From assembly GCA_964035545.1 (NCBI GenBank), contig OZ037769.1:4817929-4881928 (forward strand): 64,000 bases of DNA, read 5' to 3'. Under the pieces are notes generated by a model, which did not search any database, was not told the origin of the DNA, and worked only from the letters and a program-made list of their open reading frames with translations. The stretch comes from Bugula neritina. Its lineage: Eukaryota > Animalia > Bryozoa. A program made the position numbers and the translations under genes. The first letter of the stretch is position 1. Each line of letters opens with the position of its first letter. Of this stretch, positions 11,633 through 25,200 are shown one piece after another.

Positions 11633-14483
11633 GACAGAAAAACAAAGATAACCTAAAACTGTTTTGGATTTGATGGCTGCATAAGCTTGGAGAACTATAC
11701 TTTTATCAGCAACAATTTGCTCTAATTAAATTTATATCATTTAATCACTTGTTTGGCCCATCAATTCACGAAAAAATTATTATAATAATGAAATAATTAT
11801 TATTTCCTATTAAAAAGAACTGAGGTATAAAATCTTAAAGATAAAAATATAATGTATAGGCATAATTTTGATTAACTAAATATTCTTAAACATAAAAACA
11901 GACAAAATTTTTTTAATTTTACTGAACATACAAACATTACATTTAGCCATAAATTTCTGCTTATAAGCCTAACACTCTATTCAGAGTTATAGTTTGAATA
12001 CAGAAAATATCTAAACTATATAAATGTTACACAAAGGACGTACCTGCATAGGCCAGTCTTGAGGCAGCAAGTTCATCACACCCACTACCAGTATATGAAT
12101 CTGTAGTAGTAATAGCTCTTAAGCTAATCTTCAAACATCACATTATGCATAATAAGAGTATTTGGTAACAGTTCATAAAGTAAGCTATATGTGTGGGTAG
12201 GTAAATAAGACAATTTATACTTAGAAACTATAACTAAATTTGTCTAGTGTTTGTGTCAAGCAAGCATCATGGATTGTTTGAGGCAAGCAGCTTTTGATGA
12301 AATGGCAAAAAAGACTATAAACTTCAAAACACAAAACTTTTATTAATTTAAAATTTGTGTTTTTTTACAATATTAAAATTATTTTCATTTTCATAAATAC
12401 ACTGTATTTATTAATTTAGTAGTTTATATTTTATTCTAATAATTTATATCCTACTTTAATAATGTATACTGTATTTTGATTATCAAAACTTAAATTTGCT
12501 ATTTTAGAATTAGCTTAATTAGATTGTTATTTCTTGTCAGCAAATTAAAGTAATAAACATTAGAAACGGCAAGATAAATTGCTAGGGTACAAAGCTAACT
12601 GCAATATCAAGAGTATTGAAACCTTTTACCTTCAAGAATGGATGATTAAATGAAAAAATGCTTTTATTTTTTCAGTTTTAATTACTATGATTACATTAGA
12701 AAGCAAACATACAACTATCCTGTTTCATTTTTCTTGAAGAGTATTAATTTCTTGAGTCAATAGCAGAACAAAAGGCCCAGCAATGCAAATAGCAATGTAC
12801 GACCTTGAAGACACACCCTAGCCCACTGGTTTACTCAAGATATAGGTCACATGACTATTCTCTCAGCCTTCCCCTTTAGACTGAGTTAGCTTACCTTTAT
12901 CAATTCTGATAGCTTTTTATGTGCTGCAGTTGGCATAAATCACAATCACATTATTGAAGACCTAAATGTAGTATATTACACACTGTAGCAGCCAAGTGTC
13001 ATTATAAACTTAGAAGCACAGCCAATAATTTACATGGCCTGTTATATTATACAGCTCACTCAAATATTGTACGCATATACCTATATGTATATGTGTATAT
13101 ACCTACACGTATATGTGTATATACCTATATATAGCTATACATACAAATATTTTTTACTTTCAATAACTAGAAACTGTTAGATTGCATCCAAGCAAGAGCA
13201 AACAACCCTATTCGCTGACACCAGCAGGTGATGAAATAGAGCTGAAAGTGGAGATCAGTATAAAATCACACACAATTTATTAACATAACTAATAATATAG
13301 TGTGTAACACATAAAACACTCCAACACTAAAAGACAAGACTGAGCGTTTTATTCCAAAGAGAAGACAAGACACAAAACAACAGTATAGAGTTGATGAGAT
13401 TCAGCTGTGCTGTGACATAATGTCACAGCACAGCAATGAGATTCACAAAACAATAATAAAACATGAACAAACACGCTACATATAATACATATGCACTACA
13501 TATTTGTATAACGTATACACGTTACATATAATGCATATAAGCTATATATAAAACTTACGCATATTGTATATATTCTATGTATATGCTATGTGCGCTACAT
13601 ATAAAGCACGTACGATACATAAAATGTACAGTAAGTATGTCTAGTATATATAATGTATGTCTAGTATATAATATAGTGAGGTACGTTGAGATGAAAGAAA
13701 CCAGAGAGCGTCCTTGACATAGCTTGTGTAACAGGAAATGCTCGTTAACTCCTGTAAATGATAAAAAATATCAAACATTTGTGAAGATTAGAAATGTAAC
13801 TATGATATTTCTAGCCTGTAGTGTTTTATCATAAAAGGTTTTGTTTATTACAAATCTAAGGCAATGGTGGAATAAGAAATATATTGAAAACATACAGTGA
13901 TAATATTATACTTTCACATCATACCTGTGTAAAGATCACGATATACTCTGTCAAACTGACTTCTTATATCTAACAAAATATAGTCAAAAGAGATATAGTA
14001 TGTGAAATATCATTGGTTAAGGTTTTTATGTTTTACCAATGAATGATGAATTAGTACAAGAAACTATTACTGTCAACAAATACATAGCAGAAACAAAATA
14101 ACTAGAGGGTAGACAGATGAATAAGCTCTATTTTTATTGGGTAGACAGATAAATAAGCTCTATTCTAATTGGGTAGAGAGGCAAATGAACATGTAGTAGA
14201 TGCTTCTAGCAGACTAAAATGAGCTGTTAGGTAGTATTGTTAGTGGTGAAGGGGATTAAGAGAGCCCAAGTAACTTCCTTTCTGTATTTGACGTCCACAA
14301 ATACTCAAGAAAGACAACAAGAAACATCTGTCAGAGTTTTACATCTACGAGAAGGTCACTGATTAGCAGCAATGGATTCACGTTAACAACTCCAGTCTCA
14401 TTAGAAATAAACACCTAAGTGTGTGAGTGGTAGACAGGGTACGTGTGAGTGGTAGACAGTGTACGTGTAGTGTTGTCACTTAC

Positions 14484-17400
14484 TGCTTGCTTAGCCCTTA
14501 GCCTACTGTATTCTTGTAGCCTCAGTGCATTGCATCTGATGAAACCATTTGCATCAACGGGGTTATAGTTTCCCTGAACATCCATGCTACAGAAAACCGA
14601 ATGACATATAGAGAATCTATAGACATGAGTCATAGCATCATTACTACTAAAAGCTATAAAATACACCGGGGTAGATTGTAAAGGTAGGATCCCAGGCTAC
14701 ACACCTCACGAGCTCTTCGCTGTAGAGACTGTACGGACTAGAGCGAGCCTTGATGATCACCTGACCTCGGTAGAGGTCCATCGTGACTTCCCCTTCGACG
14801 TGTTTCTGACTGTCATCTATACACTTCCTGGTGAAGACGCATTCGGGGCTGAACCAGAATCCTGCACGGTATAAAATGGAGTAGTTAGAGGACAACTTCT
14901 ACAGTATACTCAGCTGTAGAGGACAACTCCTATATTATACTCAGTTGTAGGGGACAACTCCTAGAGTATACTCAGCTGTATGGGAACATTGAAAACAATC
15001 GTGTATCTGCGCAATACATGTATTGATAACTTGAAGATATCAGCTAAGGAAAGGAGTTCTGCAGTATTACAGTACCACAATAGTATACCTAACCACAGTA
15101 TTACAGTACCACAATAGTATACTTAGCCACAGTATTACAGTACCACAATAGTATACCTAGCCACAGTATTACAGTACCACAATAGTATACCTAGCCACAG
15201 TATTACAGTACCACAATAGTATACCTAGCCACAGTATTACAGTACCACAATAGTATACCTAGCCACAGTGTTACAGTACCACAGTAGTATACCTAGCCAC
15301 AGTATTATAGTAGTATACCTAGCCACAGTATTACAGTACCACAGTAGTATACCTAGCCACAGTGTTACAGTACCACAGTAGTATACCTAGCCACAGTGTT
15401 ACAGTACCACAGTAGTATACCTAGCCACAGTATTACAGTACCACAGTAGTATACCTAGCCACAGTATAAACAGTACCACAATAGTATACCTAGCCACAGT
15501 ATTACAGTACCACAATAGCAGTAAAAAGCTAGTTGAGCTTACCTATGAGACAGGACATGGCAAAACAGCAAAAAGAAAATTAAAGCTTCTAGAATCGTCT
15601 GTAGAATTTCCTTTACGGAAGTTAAACTGAAATAAAACAGTACACATAGATGAAGAGTAACAGAGTACGTTACTAACCCTTGTACACTTGCTCAGCAAAT
15701 CTTCCACTTAAATACTGTTTAATAGCTCTCAGTTCCTTGTCCATAGTAAAGGTTTCAATGTCCATATGAGCGTGGAAAAGGATGGTGAATGCGGGCGTCT
15801 CGTACAAGCCCCGCGATTTCATTCCGATGAACCTGTTTTCCACTATGTCAATCCTACCGATGCAGTGCTTGCCTCTACCAACACAGAATATCAACGACTT
15901 TGAGAAAAGTCTTTCACTAAATATTGCAGCCCTATTTATAAATAGTATCCCAGGAATACATAGTGTGTGATATCTGATACCTACAATAGATTGAACAGAT
16001 ACCTCAACACATTATAGGTTGGCCATAGGCTTGATTTTTGAGTAAAATAATTAAATAGCAATTTGAGTGAAACGTACTACAATCTATTTAACTGACAGAG
16101 TTTATAAACTGATAGAAAAAGTTGATGCGCAGTACAGTATATACTGCTGACACATTGTATACTGCTGATACATTGTATACTGCTGACACATTGTATACTG
16201 CTGACACATTGTATACTGCTGACACATTGTATACTGCTGATACATTGCATACTGCTGATACATTGTATACTGCTTACACATTGTATACTGCTTACACATT
16301 GTATACTGCTGATACATTGTATACTGCTGATACAGTGTATACAGCTGATACATTGTATACTGCTGACACAATGTATACTGCTGACAGTAAAAGCATACCC
16401 GAGTTCGTTGAGATAAGAATACAACTCCAAAGAATCTGTGACTTCCTTTCCGGCAGATTTATTGACCACTTTGACAGGTTTACCTACAAAGTAGAGTGAC
16501 TGTATGTAATTTCATCATAATAGCTTAAACATCTGACCCGCACACAAATTTCTGTTAGAAATAAGACAACTCTTATGGTATATAATACCTTCTTTAAAAG
16601 AGATGACAATTTCGTCCTTGACCTCGGCTGTCTTCTCGGGGTCTACGGTCATCTGATAGATGCCAGAAGGAGGCTCTGTCGCTGGATTCTCCAGAATTCC
16701 GGACTCGTAGGAGATGTGCATCAGGTTGGCGTCCATTGACCAAGGTGCCTTTGGAGTCACGGGTAGTGAAATGTTGTTGGCCTGCAGAGAGAACCAGCTA
16801 CATACTCATACTAGAAGAGAACTGAGGCTATTTCGCTTAGAGTGAGTTCTGAGAGAGCCTCATAGATGGTACAGATTCAACACTAGGAAGTTGACTACAT
16901 GAGGAGATTCTGGCACTAACTCTAAAGTTGCGTTTATACCTCTGCTGAAAAAAGTACCGAGTTTCAGTTAATAATGCTTGTCCGAGTACCACTTTATAGT
17001 CAAACTAAAAACCGATGAAATTATATTGATGCGGAAGCACATTATCTAAAATTGAAATCTGACTGCCTAATCACTATTTGATGTCCTTTGTAAACAACGT
17101 GAATTAGTGAAGTTGACAGCATAAAAGCGATAATTGAGAAGGGCGATATAATTATTAACATATAAGTACGTTGTCTAATCGCCAAAGTCATAACTAAATA
17201 ACGATAATTACAAGGAGTTATTACTCCTTTTGAGTATTATTCTGAAATCGGCCGATTAAGTTATCACAGCACAAAACTTTTACGAGTGGCTTTTACAATG
17301 CAATGCAACTCAGGGAAATTTCAACCTGGCCAAATTGAATTTCTGATTGAAAACCGTGTGAAGGTATAAAGGCAACTTAAGTCTGATGAAGAATTCTTTG

Positions 17401-20400
17401 AAGATGCAGATATGCAATGAAGCTGACATTTAAAGAGACTGGGTAATAAAAACTCTAGCATCCATTTCATGGGTTAACAAAGGTTTCAAGTGATGAACAA
17501 CATGTCTGAATGTCAACAACCACAGCTATGCCAGCCACATGATAAATATGTCTCTCACAGGTTTATAGTCTCTTATAGGCTAATGCAGAGTTGGTGCTAA
17601 CAAACAATGTAGATGTGATGTATAACATCAGGATCCTGTCAATATCTTAAAATACTATGCATTTCTGCAGCAGCACAACTAATTGCCATGCAATGAGAAT
17701 GCACAGAAAAGCTGGTTGACTTGGCGTAAATCCAACATTTAAAAAATAAGTTATTTTTGTTGGGTGTATTTCCCCCCCCCCATCTTTCTATAAGCAGCCC
17801 TGAGTTGGGGGTGACTGAGTGCAGTAGTTTGGGGTTCTCGAGTTTGGAGTTGGGGGTTTAGGTTGGAACTTTAAACCCCCAACTCGAGATCCCACACTAC
17901 AACACTTAAGCACCTCCAACTCAGGGCTGCTAATAGATAATTTCGTATTTTCATCATATTCACCCATAAGCAGTGATTACAAATTCCAGTACTTACGGCG
18001 GCATACTCAAACAGGTCCGATCTTCCCTTGAAACGGTTATAGAACTCGGGCAATCGCCAAGGCGCAATGATCTCTACGCTAGAGTAGAGTGAATATGCGG
18101 AGAGCTCAAATCTGATTTGATCATTTCCTTTTCCGGTAGCACCGTGAGAGATGTACTTAGCCCCGTGTTCCTTGGCCACCTTAACCAACTCCCTGTAGCG
18201 TATAATTTGCGTATAGTGAAGCAGCTGGTAGTAATATATAAGAATATATTCATATAATATTAATAAATATAATATATTATAACTCAAATTGAATTCAGTT
18301 ACAAAAAAAAGTTGTATGCTTCGTCTCCATCTTCCTAGTTTTGATGAACAATTATAATGAAAAAAATGACAGTGAAAAGAACTATTTTGTATAACTGAAC
18401 AGGACGCAGGTGAAAAAGGCACAGATTACAATGTACCAGCTTTAGACGCACAAGGACTCTATAGTCTATGTCGTACAGTAAACACAATAACTGCAGGATG
18501 CTACTAATTAACAGTAATTGCTATCACAGAGTATAGTTAGTGACCACAGCAGCACATGGCCAGCTACTAGACCTTCTACTACTGACTATGGACTCATGAA
18601 AGGCTAGCAGCTCTTGATATTAACAGAGGAATACAATGAACCTTCTATTAGATCAGAGAGAGAGGATTTACTGCTAGTAGTTATTTTAGTATAACATAAG
18701 ATACTAATTCCACACAACTGAGTGTAATTACTGTTTACTAACAACAAAAGACTTGTGTATAACACCTCAAGCTTCATATGCCATAGGGCATGCATAGAGT
18801 ATAGACTACAGAGTATAGACTACAGAGTACAGACTACAGAGTATAGACTACAGAGTATATGTAATAATACTGTTGTTATGTGAATTCATTACAGTAATCC
18901 ATCAATCACACTTGTCAGGGACTTATTACTGCTGATAAGACTTAGTGCTTCTGATGTGGCATTCCCTCATCAGATAATCCTAATTACTTGTATGAAGACA
19001 TGCTAGTCTATTTTCTTGACAAGTCAGCTTACAGAGGAACAGTAGTGTACTCTATCTATACTCTATCTATACTATATCTATACTCTATCTATACTCTATC
19101 TATACTATATCTACACTATATCTATACTCTATCTATACTCTATCTATACTATACCTACACTCTATCTATACTCTATCTACACTCTATCTATATTATATCT
19201 TACATGTATATAATGTATACATGTATATAATTTGTATATACACTTTGAGACTGACAGAAAGAGTAGGGAGACTGAGAGTAATTGTAAACAAATACTATTA
19301 AATGGAACAGTTAGAAATGCTGATGAAACATTTCATCATCAAATATGCTAAATTTTTAGTTGTAGGTTGAAATGGATTGTGGTGCCAAAACCGTGTCCTG
19401 AAATGGTTTCCATTCAAAGAGTTAAGAATAGTGGAACTACCTCGCAATGCAGGGGCGGGCGAGAGACGTCCCTAACATATATCTGTCTTCATAAATGCCA
19501 TTGGCTTGCACAGATGCCCATATAAACTCCTCAACAAACTCCTTCCTCAAATCTGTTACAATCAGCTACAATATATAACTTGTAATGTTAGTATATGGTA
19601 AGCAGTGAGCATTGAGTTGTGTATTTATCACTAGCTGCCCTGTTACTCACTGTGAGAAGGATTAGCACACAACTCTACTAACCTTGCATCCTAGAGCATC
19701 CACTTTCTTCTGGGCAGCTTCCAAATCTTCATCTTGACCCACATTTGCCTACAGAAAAGAGATGGAATATTCAGCTATGGTTCCGTAAAACCTCATCCCG
19801 CAAAACACCTTACTGGATTACAACTGCACACACAATAATCCTGCAGAATGACTCAGGTGGGTCAGTAGTGCAGAAAATAAAATAACTACCAGGACATGGT
19901 GTCACTTAATGAGATATTAACAGTAAACAAACAAAAACAAATATAGGATAAAATATACTAGTCAGATTATGCATGCTAAACTATTATCATGTATAATATT
20001 CCACATTATTTTGACACTAGTTGCAAATGAATAACCATAACTTATAGCTACCACATCATTAGCATGAGTGAAATGGGGAGGGTGTACTTTAAACACATCT
20101 GCATGCTTCAACACATTTATACTAGTAGCATAACTAAAATCAGCTTTTCAAAAATCCAAATATGTTTCCAAATTTACGTAGTGTAACATGTAAATTCTTC
20201 TTTGAAGAATGCAAATTTCAAGTCACACACAAAAACACACTTACAGTGACAAATGAACTAAAATGGTTTCATTTTCTTACTCAACACTTTAAATATTAGT
20301 AGCAACATTGAAAAATAGGGGAGTACGTTTTTACAGCAAACCCCCTCTCCCACAAAACTTGAAATCGCTTGAAGCAGTGCAAAGTCGGGAGTCACTGAGT

Positions 20401-20650
20401 GCAGTGGTTGGGGGTTTGGTCAATGTCTATAAACTAATCACTCAGTGACTCCAAACTTTGTGCTGCATCTAGTGATTCCTGTAAAACTTGGCCATCTTAC
20501 CATAAAGGCTATGACCTCATAACCCTGTTCCTTCAGCCATAGGGCTATGCAAGACGTATCCAAACCTCCGCTGTACGCCAGTACGACCTTCTTGTTGCTG
20601 TCGTCTTCTAGACGAGGCTTCTTGGCAGCATTATCTCCGTTGGTATACAT
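14484..20650 (-). CDS. ASS1: Argininosuccinate synthase; final few codons/last exon unresolved
   Basis: Exons 20650-20501 ([14 protein letters not shown]), 19748-19683 (ANVGQDED), 19565-19441 ([18 protein letters not shown]), 18192-17997 ([21 protein letters not shown]), 16781-16589 ([19 protein letters not shown]), 16483-16399, 15874-15678 ([22 protein letters not shown]), 14861-14705 (FWFSPEC, SPYSLY), 14586-14484 (MDVQGNY..DANGFI). A probable 5' UTR exon ends at a GTGAGT donor at 21820. Confidence 0.97.
15061..15518. repeat. 34-bp minisatellite (~13 copies) in an ASS1 intron
   Basis: Unit CCACAGTATTACAGTACCACAATAGTATACCTAG. Confidence 0.93.
16137..16387. repeat. 18-bp minisatellite (~14 copies) next to an ASS1 donor
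   Basis: Unit TGTATACTGCTGACACAT. Confidence 0.93.
16926..17377. mobile_element. MITE family M1 (~455 bp, PIF/Harbinger-like), copy 1
   Basis: TIR AGTTGCGTTTATACCT / AGGTATAAAGGCAACT, TAA on both flanks; colinear and highly similar to 42026-42483. Confidence 0.85.
17794..17930. mobile_element. Palindromic MITE family M4 with TAA flanks
   Basis: TAA|GCAGCCCTGAGTTGG ... CCAACTCAGGGCTGC|TAA; the interior is also largely self-complementary. Confidence 0.75.
19048..19200. repeat. 11-bp TCTATCTATAC array
   Basis: Directly visible. A separate 14-bp AGAGTATAGACTAC array lies at 18796-18858. Confidence 0.85.
20374..20466. mobile_element. Palindromic element related to M4
   Basis: GCAGTGCAAAGTCGGGAGTCACTGAGTG ... 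CACTCAGTGACTCCAAACTTTGTGCTGC; shares ACTGAGTGCAGT.GTT.GGGGTT with 17815-17836. Confidence 0.6.
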
Positions 20651-21899
20651 CTGCATGAAGAACATGGACACGTTAATATTTACAGCTAATTAAAGGCAGT
20701 ACTATAAATAATCAAATTTTATAACCAGTCACTTAAAATAATTACCTTTTCCACTGAAAGTTATAAAAATTGGAGCTGCTAAAATCAGTGACTGTCAATA
20801 AACATAAAGTTTGCCTCTATTAATGGCTGACAAGTGCAAAAACAATGATAAGTGAAACTTATGATAGAAGCTTGACAAAGTAACACATAATACAAATAAT
20901 ATGACTTTAGTTCTATGCCAGAACATGATAAACTAACTACACATTAGAAAATATCATCATCGGATAAACCACAAAAGTGTGTTTATTTACAATGTGCCAG
21001 TCTCAAATACCATTTTAAAGAAAGGCATTGCAAAAAAATTAATTATTAAAACTAGTACAAGAGTCAAAAATTTAAGGAAATTTCGAAGAATTTTCAGGAG
21101 GTTTTGCCCTACATCTTTTTAAAACTGTCAACATCATAAATTGATATTACATAAACATTAACTGACATAATATCTGAGTCACTCTCTCAATCAGTCAATG
21201 TCAAGCCCAAAACCTCTAAAATTATTTGTATAAAAACAAAACCTGCAAACTAACTCAATATAACACTTATAGTTACAGTTATACTCACTGTACTATACCA
21301 TCAGTTTGAACATTTTAAAGTTGGTATTACAATAATTTCTAGGTTTAGCTATCACTCTATGTCTAACTTCTAAGTCTATAGCCTAGCAACTTAGCCCTAT
21401 GAGACGAATATTTTTCTGAAGATTTCATATAGCTATATTATATCATACAGTTGCACTTATACTTGCAGACATAGTTATACTGATACTCTTAAACTTAAAG
21501 TTAATATTTGAAATAAAAATCCTATTTCGATTTTTTATAGTATAAGTTTACTATAAGTATAACTATAAGTAATACTAATACTTAATAGTTAATAGTAATA
21601 GTTAATCATAATGTTACTATTTTGTTATACTAAGTTAGACTAAGTATAAGTTACTATAAGTATAACTATAACATTAACTATAAGACTAAGTATAACTATA
21701 ACTATAAGTATAAGTTAATGTATAAGTATAAGTATAACTTCAACTTTAAACTTATAAGATTAACTCTAAGTCTCAAAAATTTATCAAATATGTCGCTGGG
21801 GTATAAAGTGATAGACTCACCTCTCACCTTTCTAATATTATTATGAGTTTATCTGCTGAATCAAATGCAAATTGGAAGTATCGCTATCTGCACAAGACA

Positions 21900-22200
21900 C
21901 AAATATTAGAACTAGTAAATATAATGAGATTCAAAACACAAGAAATTTAAAAACATGTGTACCTCTTTTAGACCAGAGGTAGATGCTATTTTAACCAATT
22001 CAAACGCTTATGTCTCTTGATTGGTCCAGTAATATTTTAACCACTGTGGATTGGTTAGCCTACGAAAGCCTAAGATCTACCACTTAGGAATTGTAGGCTA
22101 AAATAAATACTCGATAGAGATTCATTTTCAATTTATGTGCATTATTATGCTTGATAAACTTAATTTGTTATCAGTTCTTTACTTATAGTAATTTTCGCCG
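21900..22200. promoter_or_regulatory. Probable bidirectional promoter between ASS1 and PIGU with three CCAAT boxes
   Basis: About 390 bp separate the ASS1 UTR-exon donor (21820) from the PIGU ATG (22208). CCAAT at 21995, ATTGG at 22020 and ATTGG at 22050 are spaced 25-30 bp apart. Confidence 0.6.
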
Positions 22201-22207
22201 TACAAGC

Positions 22208-25200
22208 ATGCTAATTGCTTCAGCATTTGTTTTAGGTGCTGGCTTTTTATTTAGGTTTTGGGCTACCTCAAATCCTTATTTGCTTGCCCTCATAAACATT
22301 AATGAAGTTGTTAGCCCGATAACTTCGTGGAAAAGAGGTAATGCCAATGGTATTAAAGTTAAACGGTTATCACTTATACTTATAGTTAATGTTATAGTAT
22401 ATCAATACTTATTTAGTTATTAACTACTACTAGTACTAGTAGTAGTAGCAGCAGTAGTAGTAGTAATACTTATAGTTATACTGATGTCTAATACTCATAT
22501 TCATATTGATAATGGATAATCATAATGATATTAAATAATTAATATATTTGCTTTTAGAATGAGAATCATGGTCATACTCATACTCTCATAGTGATAGTGA
22601 TAGTGCTATTGCTAGTCATACTGATACTCAGTCTCATATTTCATAGTATTAGTAATACTAATACCACTACTTATAGTAATGCACTAATACTAATAGTAAT
22701 AGTATGATTTTCTTGTTTAATGTTTCACTTTAATAATAAATTGATAATTATTATATAAGTTCAAATGATAGTTTTTAATTAAATGTTATTATACTTATAC
22801 TTTTTACTTATAGTCATCAGTAATAGCAATAACTAATAAGTAATTTCAGTATAAATTTTATTGTAAATATATAAAACAAAACCTAAAATTTATGCTTTTA
22901 GTTACTGAAGGACTATTTCTCAAAAGGAATGGCATCTCACCCTATGAAGGTGATGTATTTCATCAGGTGAGTTATAATGTTTATCTTGTTTATGGACTAA
23001 TAGTTTCTAGACTATATGTGTTGTTTGCTGGACATAATTATTGAGCTAATTGTTTTTGCAGCTTATTATACGTTTACATTGTTATGCTCTGTAGATTTTG
23101 TAACAATCCTGCAAAATTGCTGTGTTTTATAGTAGACAGGAAAAGTGGATGGTTTTAATGTTTTAAGGAAATGAGTTTGTGTTTTTATCGTTTTAGACAC
23201 CGCTGATGTTGAACTTCCTTGATTGGATAGAAGGCAATTATTCACAAGTTTTACCTGGTCTTTTTGTTGTAAGTAGATTGCTCCTAAAACTACAGTATAT
23301 AATTCAAATTCCTGTTTTTATGGCGCTTTCCTGGTCTAAAAACAGATTGTAGGATAAAAGTACTATGTTACTCAATCATATGAGCACTTACTCTCTGTTG
23401 GCAAAATATGTTGTGGTAAGGAAAGAAAACTTACATCAAAAGCTACAGTTGGTTCAAATGGCCACCCATTTAGATTTGCATTCTTTCTGAGGCATCATTT
23501 GACTATTGATGTCAATCTCCATAAGTCTGACTCAGCTCTGCAAGGTGTTGGTGTATTATAGATCATATAGTGTCTGATTAACATGTAGGAATATAATGTC
23601 TAATTTGTAGATATTTGATGTGTTGTTAGCCATTCTTATTGGCAGAGCCGCAGTGGAAACCGGGAGGTTTATGGTAAGCTATATTTATCATAATCATTAT
23701 TACTGCGTTTCCAATGCTTCCCATTATGAAATTATGGATGAATTTGTGGTTGCTGTTTGCATTAACTCATGGTTGTGGTTTCATCCGATGTAACTGTTTC
23801 TCAACATCAAATTTGAATCTAATGGGAAGCTTGGCAACCTGTTACTTGTGGTTAGAATTATAGGCATTTTAGTATAGAGCTACAGATTATAGGGTTTGTG
23901 TTGAAATAAGTATTGCAGATATCTTCTATTGGTGTAAATACTCTGGCTGTAATTCAGATTAACCTTAAAATTTCTGTCTACTAGATTACTCCAGTTTAGG
24001 ATTTTAATAAAGAATTCTTGTTCAATTCATAAGTTAAATGTTATATATCACAAAAAACTAAAAACCAATAATATTTCATTTTTCCATCTAAAAAGTTGTA
24101 GGCCTACCCACTAAATTATATACTATTATAGTACACTATTGTAGTGTTTTGGTTCATCAATTTGTATTCTTGTTCTATTTCAGCTGCTGTTACAACAGAA
24201 GTCCAAGCCTCATTATCACAAAAATGTGGATGAGTCATTGCTGTTGAATGAGAAATCATTCCGGAATGCGTTTGTCTACACCTCAGCCCTCTACCTGTTC
24301 AACCCATACTCACTTGCCGCATGTGTGGCCAAGTCCACTGCAGTGTTTGACAATATGATTTTGGCATTGATGGTTATTCTTACCTTAAAGGGTGGGCTGA
24401 CCTTTTCTTATTCAGTTTTAGTTCTATTTTTCAGTTTTTTCTTAATTAAGCTTTGTTTAAAAGATTTTACTGTTTAATAATGAAAGTGAAGCCTCTTTGA
24501 AAAGTTATGGCGGACTCTGTTGGAAGCACACATACATCTACTCCAGCAGTGTTTCTTCTTTTTCCCCAAGTTCTCCTTTGTTTTCTGTAAACTGATAGTC
24601 TGTGTAGCCTGTATTCACACTTATATTTGTTATTTTAGGATGGAGGGTTTTGTCAACCTTCCTACTAGCACTGTTAGCCTATCAAAACTTTTATTCCATC
24701 ATGCTAGTTGTTCCAGTGGCAATCTGCTTTCTTCAGGTTGGTGTGTAATTAGTAATCCATTATATGTGCCATTTTCATTAGGTATTTAAAGTTATCTTAC
24801 CCTTTTGTGTATTGAACAACATTAATATAAAGTTTTGTGTTGGGAATTCTCATGGACTTTAAAATATAGATTAATGGAGAATAATTGAAAATAGATTGTC
24901 CTATCTTTGAATTATTTAAAATTTTTAAAGAATATTGTTATAAGATGTGTTTGTCATGCAGTAGCTTGTGACCCACAGTAGAGTAGTCATGCTATAGAAT
25001 AACATGGCAAGAAGCTGCAAGTGTTCTTCTGAAAACATTTGGTCTCCAACAAGCTAAGGCTGAGAAAGTTTACTAACTGGCACATTGCCTCTGCTCTTCT
25101 TTATTGCTTTTGTTCTGTTGTTGTAGAGAGATGTTTTAGGGCTGGTCAAGTACCTCAACCCTACTGCTGTTAAGTCTATCCTGTTGACTCTCAGTCTAAC

